A DNA stretch of 64,000 nt from Octopus sinensis. Taxonomy: Eukaryota. Made by a program: the position numbers and the translations under genes. Shown here piece after piece: positions 12,582 through 24,790 of this stretch. The stretch is from positions 104,780,001-104,844,000 of the forward strand of contig NC_043001.1 of NCBI RefSeq assembly GCF_006345805.1. The letters are read 5' to 3'. Every line of letters begins with the position of its first letter. The first letter of the stretch is position 1. Below the pieces are notes generated by a model. That model was not told the origin of the DNA. It did not search any database and saw nothing but the letters and a program-made list of their open reading frames with translations.

Positions 12582-12750
12582 TAAGGCGGCGAGCTGACAG
12601 AAACGTTAACACGTTGGGCGAAATGTTTACCGGTATTTTGTCTGTCGGTACGCTCTGAGTTCAAATTACGCCGAGGTCGACTTTGCTTTTCATCTATTCG
12701 GGGTCGATAAATTAAGTACCCGTTGCGTAATCGACTGGCTCCCTCCCCCA
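12582..12750 (+). mobile_element. SINE family A
   Basis: Shared family A core. Confidence 0.85.
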
Positions 12751-12832
12751 GCAGTGATAGAATTATAGTGGCAACTGCTGAAACAATAAAATTAGTTGAG
12801 TAGCAATAACATTACTAGTATAATAATAGGCA

Positions 12833-13047
12833 GATATTTGTCCTCATCTTGTTTGTTGTTTACACAACGTTTCAGCTGATATACCCTCCAGGCTTCATCA
12901 GGTGTCTTGGGGGAATAATAATAATAATAACATTCATAAGGAAAAATACATTAGGAAATGAGAACCCAGGTTCAAATTTCCCCAGGACATCTGATGAAGG
13001 CTGGAGAGTACATCAGCCGAAATGTGTTAACAAGATGAGGACAGATA
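12833..13047. repeat. Head-to-head inverted repeat of a PLE-like terminal unit
   Basis: gatatttgtcctcatcttg...cttcatcaggtgtcttgggg versus ccccaggacatctgatgaagg...caagatgaggacagatat. A further fragment of this family lies at ~44160-44260. Confidence 0.85.
12862..12905 (-). ncRNA. Minimal type I hammerhead ribozyme motif
   Basis: ACAC-CTGATGA-AGCCTG..CAGCT-GAAA-CG-T-T-GTGT. 4-bp stem I, intact core, ACGT palindrome in place of stem III, GUU triplet. Confidence 0.6.
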
Positions 13048-13180
13048 TAGGTCAAATGTAAATAATGTACATAATTCCTCATCTCTCAAATATAGAACTG
13101 AATACAACTACTACTAATAATAATAATGGTTTAAAATACAACTACTACTACTAATAATAATGGTTTAAAATGGTTTAAAA

Positions 13181-13373
13181 GGGCAGACATTTTGTGGGAG
13201 GGGTTGAGACGATTACATCGACCCAGTACTGAACTGGTACTTTACTTATCGACCCCGAAAGGATGAAAGGGAAAGTCGACCTCGGCGGAATTTGAACTCA
13301 GAACGTAGCGACGGGCGAAATACCGCAAAGATTATCGTCCAGCGCGCTAACCATTCTGCCAGTTCGCCACCTT
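13181..13373 (-). mobile_element. SINE family A
   Basis: Shared family A core. Confidence 0.85.
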
Positions 13374-13779
13374 AATAATAATAATAATAATGATTTCATT
13401 TATTTGTCACAAGGGTGAAGGTTGAGTGGGGGGCAATACACAGACAGACATAAAGTGTGGGGGTTTACATATGATGAAATGATAAAAATGAAAGAAAGTA
13501 AGAATACATGGTATACACTGACAAAGAAGGGACATATGCATTCACACAAAAGTTTAAAAGAAAAAAAGTGGTAGGGAGGATGATAGAGATGTGGCCCGCC
13601 TGATACAGGAAGGCCTCTAGGGATAATCGAGGAACCCAACTCTCCAAGATTTCCGTGAAATCTCAGGAGCAAGTGCCCTCACCAATAACTTTTCTCCAAC
13701 TCACAGGTCTACACTTAGAGAGGTACCATTCACTCTTGCCATTTTCCCAAATTTCACCTACCTTTCAATAATATAATAA

Positions 13780-14970
13780 TAATAATATAATAATAATTCG
13801 TAATGTCACCATAAGGAGCAGAGATATCATTTGTACAGTATGAATAACAATTCTTCCAGAGTAAAAGTCATTACTACAGTAGCAATGAATTAAAACCAGC
13901 AGAGTAATAATATTTATACAGTAGCAATGATATTGATACGATTAGCAATAATAATTCAACAGCATCAATATTATTGAATTAGCAATAACATATTGCAGTA
14001 GCCAGGACGTTATGAATGCAATACTATAATATTACCATGATAATAATAATGATACCATAATAATACCATGATAATAATAATAATAATAATATTACCATGA
14101 TAATAATAATAATAATAATAATAATAATATTACCATGATAATAATAATAATAAAGGTAAAGACCCCCTTCGGTCATGAATGACCATGGGATTGCACCTAG
14201 AAAGTTACCCTCCTAGACACAAGTCCGGGCAAGGTTGTTTATGGAAGACCAGCAGTCGCCCATGCATACCAGCCTCCCCTCTCCACGCCACCAGTGTTAT
14301 CCAAGGGAAAGACAAAGGTCGATACAGCTTGGCACCAGTGACGTCGCAACTCATTTCTACAACTGAGTGAACTGGAGCAACGTGAAATAAAGTGCCTTGC
14401 TCAAGAACACAACACGCAGCCCGGTCCGGGATTCGAGCTCACAACCTCACGATCGTAAGCTCGACGCTCTAACCACTGAGCCATGCGCCTTCACAATAAT
14501 AATAATATTACCATGATAATAATAATAATACCATGATAATAATAATAATGATAATAATAATATTACCATGATAATAATACCATACTACTACTAATAATAA
14601 TGATAATGCCATGATAATAATGATAATAATACTATGATAATAATATTACTATAGAAGCAATAGCAATACCACAGAAGCAATATTAGCATAGTTACCATAG
14701 TAACTATAATAGTGACGAAGAAACAATATCACCAAAGTAACAATGGTGTTACCAATAATAACAAAAATATAACCAAAGAAACAATATTACAGTCGTAGCA
14801 ATAGTATTACGGTAGAAACAATGTTACCATAGAAACAATATCACCATAGTAACCATAATATTACCATAGAAACAATAGTGTTACCATGACAATAATATTA
14901 CCATAATAGCAATAATATTACCATAGTAACAAGTGTTACCATAGTAACAATAATATAAGACATTACTTCT
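13780..14970. repeat. AT-rich (AAT)n/TTACCAT(G/A) degenerate minisatellite, interrupted by a SINE
   Basis: Repeated ataataatattaccatg and ttaccatagtaacaat units. Confidence 0.85.
14155..14492 (-). mobile_element. SINE family D (tRNA head ggcgcatggctcagtggttagagc; gtgttcttgagcaaggcact core)
   Basis: Clear A-box/B-box tRNA-like head at 14430-14492 on the minus strand; young-looking copy. Confidence 0.85.
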
Positions 14971-14984
14971 CATAGACTGGCTCT

Positions 14985-15092
14985 GCTCTCTTTCTCATCA
15001 TGTCAAGACACACATGAGAAGAAAAAGATCTCATAACATTCAAACAGTTCCTGGACGAATGTCTGCAATAAATTCCAGATAAACCCGCCTCA
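14985..15092 (+). mobile_element. Short LINE 3' fragment
   Basis: TFKQFLDECLQ*IPDKP, the same end motif as at 6330-6800. Confidence 0.5.
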
Positions 15093-15099
15093 CCCAGAT

Positions 15100-15316
15100 T
15101 CTTTTCTTTTCTTTTTACTTGTTTCAGTCATTTGACTGCGGCCATGCTGGAGCACCGCCTTTAGTCGAGCAAATCGACCCCGGGACTTATTCTTTGTAAG
15201 CCCAGTACTTATTCTATGGGTCTCTTTTGCCGAACCGCTAAGTGACGGGGACGTAAACACACCAGCATCGGTTGTCAAGCAATGCGAGGGGGACAAACAC
15301 AGACACACAAACATAT

Positions 15317-15369
<53 letters not shown>

Positions 15370-15535
15370 TATATACGACAGGCTTCTTTCAGTTTCCGTC
15401 TACCAAATCCACTCACAAGGCATTGGTCGGCCCGAGGCTATAGCAGAAGACACTTGCCCAAGATGCCACGCAGTGGGACTGGACCCGGAACCATGTGGCT
15501 GGTTAGCAAACTACTTACCACACAGCCACTCCTGC
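15100..15535 (-). mobile_element. SINE family B (full length)
   Basis: Head, (TA)n/(CA)n middle and tail all present. Confidence 0.9.
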
Positions 15536-16026
15536 AGATATGTCTCTGCAAACAATAACTCTCGACTGGAATGGGCGATTGTTGCCCAAAGAATGACTGT
15601 AATATGAAACATCATTAAATGTCTTTTCCAGGTGGTTCTATCATGGCAGAAACTGTATCCAAGTATTATCACACTAACAATAATATTAACACCGTAACAA
15701 TGATAACATTACAATATCATTCGCATGATCACAATAAAAATAAAAGGATTACAACAGCAGAGTTTGCTGCAACAGTGGCAATAATATTATCTCAATAACA
15801 AAAACAATATTACTACAATAACGTTAACATTATCATAATATTGACATCATACGTATAATAGTAATATCGCTTTTATAACAACAATTGCAATAATGGCAGA
15901 TTTTTAAGAATCAGCATTTGGGAAGTAAATGGTTTTTCGATTAATAGGAAAACATGTTTGGGAAGAGAGATATGATGCTTTCATCATTCTATAGTTTCGT
16001 TCTTTAATATTGAGAGATATTTAATT

Positions 16027-16168
16027 CTTTTCTACTCTAGGTAGAAGGCCGAAAATTTTTGGGGAGAGGGACAGTCGATTAGATCGACCCCTGTATTCAA
16101 CTGGTACTTAATTTATCGATCTCGAAAGGATGAAAGGCAAAGTCGACCTCGGTGGAATTTGAACTCAG
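16027..16168 (-). mobile_element. SINE family A (5'-truncated)
   Basis: Shared family A core. Confidence 0.85.
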
Positions 16169-16181
16169 TACTGAGAGATAT

Positions 16182-16392
16182 TAAAGCGGCAAACTGGCAA
16201 AATAGTTAGCATTCCAAGCAAAATGTTCAGTGACATTTCACGTTTACTTTCCGAGTTCAAATTCCGCCGAGGTCGACTTTGACTTTTATTCTTTCGCGGC
16301 CGATAAAATAAGTACCAGTTAAGCACTGGGGTCAGTGTAATCGACTTACCCAACTTTTCCAAAAATGCTGGCCTTGTGGTAAAATTTGAAAC
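16182..16392 (+). mobile_element. SINE family A
   Basis: Shared family A core; head-to-head with the previous copy. Confidence 0.85.
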
Positions 16393-16847
16393 GAATACTG
16401 AAAGACACTTCTTTTTATCTACACAGGATATCTCAGAGAATTTTGTGTTTCTATTGAGAAAAGAGAATGAATTCTGTAGCGGTGCTGCTACTAGAAAAAA
16501 ACAAAAAAACAAAACAAAAAACAAACAAACAAACGAATATCTAAACCGGCATTCGTCGAAGTGGATCCACTTCATTTCATCCTGGAGGCTCATTATTCTT
16601 TTTAATGGATTCTTCTCCTTTTATTATTAGCATAAAATCGAAAGGCACGATTAGAAATTTTAAGGAGCTTACGTTTATCGGAGAATGAAACTCTATAACA
16701 ATGAAAGAATTAAGAAACGGAAGTGTGCAATAATGACAATCTTACAGAAAGGAAGTAGTCGATTGAAAAATATTTCATTTTCTACTTGTTCCTTCCGAAG
16801 CTTTGCCGCAAATAACAATGATTAAAAAAAAAAAGGGTTTTACTTAC

Positions 16848-18010
16848 TGTAGACCATTGACGAATAATTTTTCTGTTATGTAATCCCGACAGTTAGAATT
16901 TTCAAACGCTAGATAAAATTTATAGTCCTTATTAAGCATTTCAAAACATTTTTTGGCAATATTCCTGGGGCATTTAAAGCTGCCGCAAGCCCCATATATA
17001 TCAACCTGGATATATTTAGCAAGTTCTTCAGCGTAGGTACGCCTATCGTTCTGAGCGCCACAGTTCGAAACAAACCATGCAACTTTTTTTGTTTTGGTGG
17101 CCGCGTAGTTTTTCACTTGTTCTTTCTGTTTTACAGACTCGTTGAAATACTGGAATTTTTCATACGGTGCCACAATTGTGCTATCGTGACGGTATGTAGC
17201 AGTCCAATTAAAAAGATTCTTTACGCCAGCAAGTCCCGGAGTGTGATAAGGGCATTCTAGCATGTACAGCACCCATATCTGGTTTAATGGTCGCGGTATA
17301 TTCATAGCGCTAACACCATGGTAGAAAAGTATAGCGTCAGCGCTGCTTCTTTTTGTTCTATCATCTGTAAGGTAGCACGTGTTGATCGGACACTTATAAT
17401 CCAAAAACGTGTCTTGGCCATGTTTTTGTTGAAAGACGCTAAAACCGTTGTATATTAATATTGTCTTTAGTTTCCTCATAACATGCGCCGGCTCTTTTTT
17501 CTGACCGGTTTCATCTCTCAGCCTGAAATTTCCACCATTAATTTCCTCAGGTTGTTTCCGAGGGTATTTATCAGGAATATAGTTTGGTGGTATGTATTTC
17601 AGCTGAGCCTGGATTCGGTCACCAACGTCCCATATATTCCCAGGCCATAATGCAAGGAATTCAGAAGTCATTGAATTATTGCGATAGTGCCGCGTGGCAT
17701 TTATTACGTTACGTATATTGGAGATTTTATTCTGAACATGCTGTCCCTTTTTTTTGATGGAGCCGACAAGTAGTGATGACAAAGAGGAAGGCTTATCGTG
17801 AATTGCTCCTTGATATGTCAATATATTTTTGTGGTCAGCAGGCCGATGTTTTGGAATGTTACTGCTATAGCCGCTACCGTCGTCGTTGTGTGCAGAGTAG
17901 GTGTGGACCCAAAGTTTGTGGTTGTATAAATTGAAAATAATTAGAAACAAAATACTCGCAAAGAAAACCCATGTGAACGCTTTCTTGATGCTCAGCTTCA
18001 TTGTTTTCAT
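16848..18010 (-). CDS. FucTA: Alpha-1,3-fucosyltransferase (GT10, core FucTA-like), first coding exon; partial CDS with 3' exon(s) missing
   Basis: 387 codons + 2 nt. Type II topology: short basic tail MKTMKLSIKK, TM AFTWVFFASILFLIIFNLY, then a stem. GT10 motifs QIWVLYMLECP, FNWTATYRHDSTIVAPY, KKVAWFVSNC, VDIYGACG and the alpha3-FucT signature YKFYLAFENSNCRDYITEK. Ends at CTA CA|GTAAGT (phase-2 donor at 16847). Family assignment is firm; FucTA orthology rests on motif resemblance only. Confidence 0.9.
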
Positions 18011-19034
18011 TCATGTAAGTAGGTGGTTAGACCTAACCGGAAAATCACCCTCATACGCATACACACCGGCACACACACATCTATGTATGGAATGTATGTA
18101 TGTTTGCATATATGTACCTGTACGGATTTTTATAGTTACTTTAAATGTTTAGTATTTGTTCAGAGCACACACACACATACTGGGACAGTCATCATTGATC
18201 CCAAACGCTAATCCTATCATCAGAGGCTTTATCTTATATAAAACTGCTATAAAACATGATGCCAACCGTGCACTCGTAGATTACTCCCCCCCGATAACTT
18301 ATTATCTTGCTCAATTATGGACGTGGATATAAGACGAAGTATTTATTATTAAATAGATTTCTACTATAATATGTAGATATTAACCCCTACAAAAAACAAA
18401 CACTTACGTCCAAACTTTTTTATAATAAATATGTGAAAATATTTACGATAAAGACTAGATTGAGCGCCTGTTGTTCGTCTATCATTTGCCTGCCTCTTAA
18501 ATTATGTTCATTTGTCTCGGTGATTTTTGCTCGTTATGTATACAGAGCCATATAGCAGTCTTGAGTAGATGTTCAGCTAGTGTGTGTGTGTGTTTATCAA
18601 CTTCAAATGTTAGAGTAGAATATGAGGAGATTTTAGTATTTTATTGTGAACATGAGATACAAGTGTCTGTATGTGTATACTAATGACTACGAGAGAGAGA
18701 GAGAGAAAGTGTGTGAGCGCGTGAATAAACGGAACAATGATAAATGATGGGTGAGAGAAAATATTGATGTGTGTGTGTATATTTGTTTGTTTATGCGTAC
18801 AGGTTTGTAACCTGATCTAAACGAAGTAATTATTAAAGTTCTGCTCAAAACGAAACCAAAACTGTACTTACATTATTTTATAAACGAAATAAAACAAACG
18901 ACCGGTCGGTTGGAGTCGACTGAATAAAAGCTACGGAGTAAGGTCATTGTTGAGATGTGATTAACGGTCAACGTTTGGTATTTTCACCTGAAAACTGCAG
19001 ATAATAGTAAGCCGAATGAGGAAAGGTGGCTTAC

Positions 19035-19137
19035 CTAATGCAACAGTCTACCTGGGACGATAGCAGTTGCCAACATCCTGTCAGTCGGTTACGACGTTAA
19101 CAACCGAATTAGGTGGGAAGCGCAGATGGGAAGAAAC
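19035..19137 (-). other. Candidate 5'UTR exon of the fucosyltransferase gene
   Basis: Minus strand shows a T-rich tract ending in aaatag|G at 19137 and an AG|GTAAGC donor at 19034. Non-repetitive sequence; splice signals are the only evidence. Confidence 0.3.
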
Positions 19138-20864
19138 CTATTTCAATAAAACCATTCAATAAATGAATAAACAAGAAAAAAACAAAACAAAGTCGAACGG
19201 GAAACCTGAGCACAACCTAGTAGTAGTAGTAGTGGTACTATCAATGAGTATCAGTAGTCGTACAATAGTAGTAGTAGTTGTATTGAAAATACTGATGATG
19301 ATTATGTTGGTCACCCTTGTCGATTTCGACGTATGAGTGTTTGTAGGAGTGGATTACAAACATTTAATGAAAGATGAAACATACATAAATAAATAAATAA
19401 ATGAATGAATATAGATTATTATTTTTACGAGTTAAATGTTACAGATAAGATGTTCAACAAATATGTTAATTGTCTCTGATCTAAATTTGGAGTTAATATT
19501 CACCAGCGACATATATGAAGAGAATAACCAAAGATCAACACTGAAAATTGCCATGAAAATTTGAAAATTTCAACAATTGTTCATTATTATAAATATGACC
19601 GTCCCTGGATTTCTGCTTTGTTTCTGTGCGGTATATTTTCAAATTTTATTGGATTAATTACTTCTTTCTCTTCGCCACAAAAAGCCCTTTCCTCATACTA
19701 CAGTTATCACAGTTCGTAATCCCGCTGTCATGATAGCAAGCAATGCTTTAAACAGGTTGGTATATAAACCACACGAACACAGAACATTCCTCCTTCATCT
19801 ACTTAAACACGCATATATTTTTATCTGTGTGTATGCATGTATATATGTCAATACATTCTTATCGATATATTTCTAAGTAATTATGTATATACATATTTGC
19901 TTTTTTTTCCCGCTTTACTACGAAAATATAATCAGTCATCTTTCGCATGCCTCGTTGGTTGGTCAAGTTTGCTTAAGCTTCAACTATTAACTTTTCGATA
20001 AATTTAAACGATTATTTTCCTCAATATTTATTTTTCTCACGTGTTTGTTGATCTGCTTAAAATTGTTTGAGTGGTCGTTTCTTTTACCAGTTTGCTTTTA
20101 TTTGTAATTTTTATGTCTAAAACTATGTGTTTTGTTTTCCCCACTTCTAGTATCACTGGTTCGGTCACCTACCTTTTTTCTTTACGCTTATACTTGTAAA
20201 GTCTGTGAAGCCAGAGGCCAAGGAAAGAGTCCCTTCCCGTGTTCAGGTATCAGTCGAATACCGAAGCTGGCTGTTGGTCATATGAGGAGGCGGGCGAGCA
20301 TAAGAGTTACACACACACAACACTCACATAAATACATGCATCCATCTTTATGCACACACGCACAAACGAATAAAGTAGAAAAGGGGCGAGCAGTAGAAAG
20401 GAATGTTAAGGTGAGCAGTTAAGCTCCTGTCTACAGGTACCTGTGCGTGCGTCTGTGTGAGTGTGTGTTTAGGATCGACTTACAGCAACCACTTGACGGT
20501 CAGTCCGTTTGACAGTCTGTCTGTGTGTCGGGCTAGCTGCGAGCTGTCTCTTTTAGTTAAACAAAGCTTAGCAGTAATCTTAAAATACAATGAAAGTGCA
20601 GTAAGCTTGTATAATAATAAGGAAATTAACTAGTGTGTCAGCCTGTCCAAAGTTCACTGTCTCCTTTATATATCTTTCACTGATGAAGATCCAATTAAAT
20701 GTTTGTGTTCTGAGTTAGACTTCTTTCTAAGATAAACTTTTTGCTTATCAGTATTAATATCAGCTACGTTATTATCAGTACTATTTTTATTGTTTTACAT
20801 CTCAGGACGGTCTTGTTTGTTCTGGTAGTGTCTGCGAGAGCGGTGTTATTATCAGTATTTATAA

Positions 20865-20895
<31 letters not shown>

Positions 20896-21339
20896 TATGT
20901 TTGTATTGTTATTAATATTAGCCGTACTTAAAGCATAAATAGTGACAAAGGTTGAAAAATGTAAATTCCTATCTTACCGTGTGTGTGTGTATTAATTAAG
21001 ATACATCTCTATTCTTACACATTCTGCGGCTGTGTGAAGCTTTGTGTGTTTATTCATGCGCATTGTATGTATTGGTGTGTGTTTAAATTTGAGTAAAACT
21101 TACAAAACTGTGCGAGTGGGTGAGCTGGGTGTGTTAAAGCGTTGTGTACGGATCAGATCAAGACGGCCTCACTGCGATTGCATAGTCAACTGCCATGAAC
21201 CAACTTTGTGATAGTAAAACATTAGGAATCCCTGAGTCGTGGTAGCAGTTGCTACGTGAGTGAGATTAGAGAGGCTGGTTCGTTCTCATCTGCAGCTGGA
21301 TGCATTTGGTGTCCCCTAACACTATAGGCATCTACTTAC

Positions 21340-21841
21340 AAACTTGTGCCTTTTACTCTGTAACTCCCTCTCACACCTATTCGCTTGATTGTATTTATAT
21401 TAACACCTTTCTTTCTATCTTTCCTTAGATTATAGAAGCTCTATCTGCCTCTCTATCCCCTCTTCTGTCTCACTTTTTCTCTTTCTTCCTTTGTCTCTGT
21501 TATACACACTCACTCACACTTAAGCTGTCTTTTTTCGCTCTTCTTCTCTCTGCATTCCAACTTTGCTCAAAACGTTGCCAATAGCAATGAGCTGGTGCTA
21601 TTCCGTTTTCGTTTATTCTTGTTGTCTCTGGTTATTTCTCTTTGACTTCTTGACGTTCTCAATGGCACCGAAATTCTGCAAACTCTGACTCCGATGACTG
21701 AGAGGTGTGATTCTTATTGGTCTGTTTATATTTATTTTTTAATATATTTTTCTCTTCCAGGAATATTCTTAGAATGGATACTTAGTTCCTTATATATTTC
21801 TCAAGTTTCTTCGTAGTTCTAGGATTTCGGGCATCAGGTAC
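21340..21841 (-). other. Candidate upstream non-coding exon (3' boundary uncertain)
   Basis: Strong acceptor gtttgttttttttttctcttgcag|G at 21841. Possible donors are GTGAGT near 21518 or GTAAGT at 21339. Confidence 0.25.
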
Positions 21842-22020
21842 CTGCAAGAGAAAAAAAAACAAACACCCGTTCATACATCATATACCGACACATTAAAACT
21901 GTGATATTAGAAATCTGAAATGTATAGTTTATTCTAGTACAATGGACCTTATGGGGTGGAAACGGTGGTGGGGATGGGGAAAGAAGGTGGTTATGCTCAA
22001 TAATATTGGTTTTATATTAT

Positions 22021-22190
22021 GGAGGCAAGGATAGGTCGGTTACATCGACCCCAGTGCTCAACTGGTACTTTATTTTATCGACCTTGAAAGGATGAAAGTG
22101 AACTACGGCGGCGGAATTTGAACTCAGAACGTAAAGATGGATGAAGTATCGTTAAGCATTTCGTCCGGCGTGCTAAAGAATCTGTCAGAA
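22021..22190 (-). mobile_element. SINE family A
   Basis: Shared family A core. Confidence 0.8.
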
Positions 22191-22245
22191 TATTTTAAGA
22201 TGGATCTAAACTTCTGAAACTTGCTGAAAAGTATGATGACGGAAA

Positions 22246-22428
22246 TTTTTTTGGGGGAGGCAGTCGATTAGATCAACCCCAGTACGCAACTGGTACTTAA
22301 TTTATCGACCCCGAAAGGATGAAAGGCAAAGTCAGCCTCGGCGGAATTTGAACTCAGAACGTAAAGACAGACGAAATACTGCTAAGCATTTCGTCCTACG
22401 TGCTAACGGTTCTGCCAAATCGCCGCCA
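22246..22428 (-). mobile_element. SINE family A
   Basis: Shared family A core. Confidence 0.85.
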
Positions 22429-22644
22429 GAATAGTTAAATATTTTAAGTACGAGGTTTATCTTCTCGTCGGTGTTACTAACATTTCACTATTTCACCTTG
22501 TAGTGGTGGTGAGAACTGTTGCACTAGTGAACGTGGGAACTTCGATATGATCGTTCGAGCTACTAGAAAGAGCAACCAAATCTATCAAATTATCCGCTGC
22601 CCACTCGAAAAGTGAAGGACCCATTGGAAAATGTAGTCCTAGAT

Positions 22645-22841
22645 CAGTGGTTACCAACCTTTTCACTACCAAGGACCCACTTTTATTTAAACTAGTTTTC
22701 CCACAGACCCCTTTTAATATGCTTATCCTTTATTCATATATATATATATATATATATGAAATTTTGATTTTAATTTACGGCCTCCCAGTACTACCTTTGC
22801 GGACCACTAGGGGTCCGCAGACCACAGGTTTGGAACCACTG
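22645..22841. mobile_element. hAT-Charlie-type MITE
   Basis: TIR CAGTGGTTACCAACCT / AGGTTTGGAACCACTG; 8-bp TSD TCCTAGAT/TTCTAGAT matches the NTCTAGAN preference of Charlie elements. Confidence 0.85.
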
Positions 22842-23120
22842 TTCTAGATAGACAGATCCACAATGCCTAGTCAACACCGGTACGTAATAGCTGATTACCT
22901 TTGTGCATGGGTTTACTCAGTCAGCACTGACCTTGGGCTCATTCCTATCATGATTTGCATCAATGAAATCGTAATGGTTCGTTACTCATCATAAACTAAC
23001 AACAGACTGGGAGGAAGCTGTCAGCCTGGTTATATTTAATATAACCACTTCGCTATTACAAATGTCTGCGTTGAAATCCAGCAGAAAGCTTTCAATCTGA
23101 AGTTAGAAATTCAATTTATC

Positions 23121-23309
23121 TCTTACTTGTTTCAGTCATTAGACTGCGGCCATGCTGGGGCACCGCCTTGAAATATTTTTAGTCGAACGAATCAACCCTA
23201 GTGCTTGTTTTTAAAAGCCTGGTACTTATCGCTCTCTTTTTCTGAACAACTAAGTTACTGGGACGTAAACGCGCCGATACCTATTGTCAAGCGATGGTCG
23301 GGAACACCC

Positions 23310-23345
<36 letters not shown>

Positions 23346-23606
23346 GTTCGAGCTACTAGAAAGGGCAACCAAATCTCTCTCAAATTACTCGCTGCCTATT
23401 TGAAAAGTGAAGGACTCGTTGGAAAATGTAGTCCTAGATCACTACCAAAGACCCCTTTTATTTAAAAATGTATATATATATATATATATACACGACGGGC
23501 TTCTTTCGGTTTCCATCTTCTAAATCCACTTATGCCACACAGTGGGATTGAACTCGGAGCCATGAAGTTAGGAAGCAAACTTCTTACCACACAGCCACAC
23601 TTGCAG
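23121..23606 (-). mobile_element. SINE family B, split at its internal microsatellite
   Basis: Tail 23121-23320 and head 23490-23606, with an intervening duplicated segment at 23342-23467. Confidence 0.75.
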
Positions 23607-23896
23607 CTATTCTTAATTTGTTTTTCAGATATATTTTAAATTCATTTCACTACATACAATTTTAAACTGGTTATTTTTTTTTTTAAATAACGATTTGAAT
23701 GATATGCTAGGCTGTTATTAACTGCTCATATTTTATCAAAGCGTATTTGAATTTTATCTTTTATAGAGCTCCAATGCAAGTTATAATTATAGCTTCAGTT
23801 TTAGATACATTATGCTTGAGGCTGAAATTATAATGCAAAGCTTGCAAAATCGATTAAAGCTAAAATAATCTATATACATACACACACACACACACT

Positions 23897-23953
<57 letters not shown>

Positions 23954-24414
23954 ATATCATTATCAATAAACAATAATATAAGTGGCTAGCAAGCATAAAA
24001 ACCAAAAGGTAAATTTATAAATTTATAATTATAAATAAAATTATAATTAAAGGTACGAGGTAGTACCAGCATTACTAGAAAAAGAGTCGAAAATGCGCAA
24101 ATAAGCCGCAATATCACTGGAAATTTAACATGCTGATGAAATCGAGGAGCGAGTAAAAAGTCGAGCTACGACCAATTGCGGGAGAAAGACGCAAAGGACT
24201 TTGTAGATATCCCCATATCAGGTGATTTCGAACTCTGGGATGTTATTCTTAGTTCTCATCAGTGGTTCTTGCTGCCTGGAGTTAAATTAATAATCACGTC
24301 GTCATGCTTATTAATTATACATAAAAAATTATTATTAATAAATAATAATATAAGTGGCTAGCAAGGGTTCGAAATCACGTGATACGAGTTGACTATGAGG
24401 ATGAAAGGCAATGT

Positions 24415-24600
24415 CGGCTGAATCATTCGCACACTGGGCAAAATGCTTAGTGACATTTCATTCCGAGTTCAAATTCCGCCGATGTCGACTTTGCTTTTCA
24501 TCCTTTCGGCATCGATAAAATAAGTCCCAGTTAAGTACTGAGGTCCATGTAATCGACATAATTTCTCCCTCGAAATTGCTGGCCTTGTAGTAAAATTTTA
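24415..24600 (+). mobile_element. SINE family A
   Basis: Shared family A core. Confidence 0.8.
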
Positions 24601-24601
24601 G

Positions 24602-24790
24602 ATTACCGATGCGGCAGAGAAGGCCTCAAGATGGCTGTGGATCAAAAACCATGGGGTAGCTAGGTGGCCATCTGGAGACAAGCTAGGGTCCGATCAGCCC
24701 CAGCTGGGTCACCTGGAGGAGGGTGTATGATGTTGAAAGACTAAAAATACCCGATGATACCAGGCACATCACTGAAGATGTGTCCAAATG
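24602..24790 (+). mobile_element. Hero/NeSL-like non-LTR retrotransposon 3' end fragment
   Basis: ITDAAEKASRWLWIK...DQPQLGHLEEGV* followed by gatgttgaaagac...catcactgaagatgtgtcc; recognised from memory of Hero-type C-termini. Confidence 0.55.

Noticed and set aside
14430-14492. tRNA-like sequences here and at 38499, 33945 and 36581
   Set aside because: These are SINE heads; there is no complete cloverleaf, and they continue directly into SINE bodies.
15090-15607. Recurring ORFs such as GRPEAIAEDTCPRCHAVGL and LTPVRNWYLFYRPRKDERQSRPRRNLN at many loci
   Set aside because: Chance frames of SINE families A and B; the same peptides recur wherever the SINEs occur.
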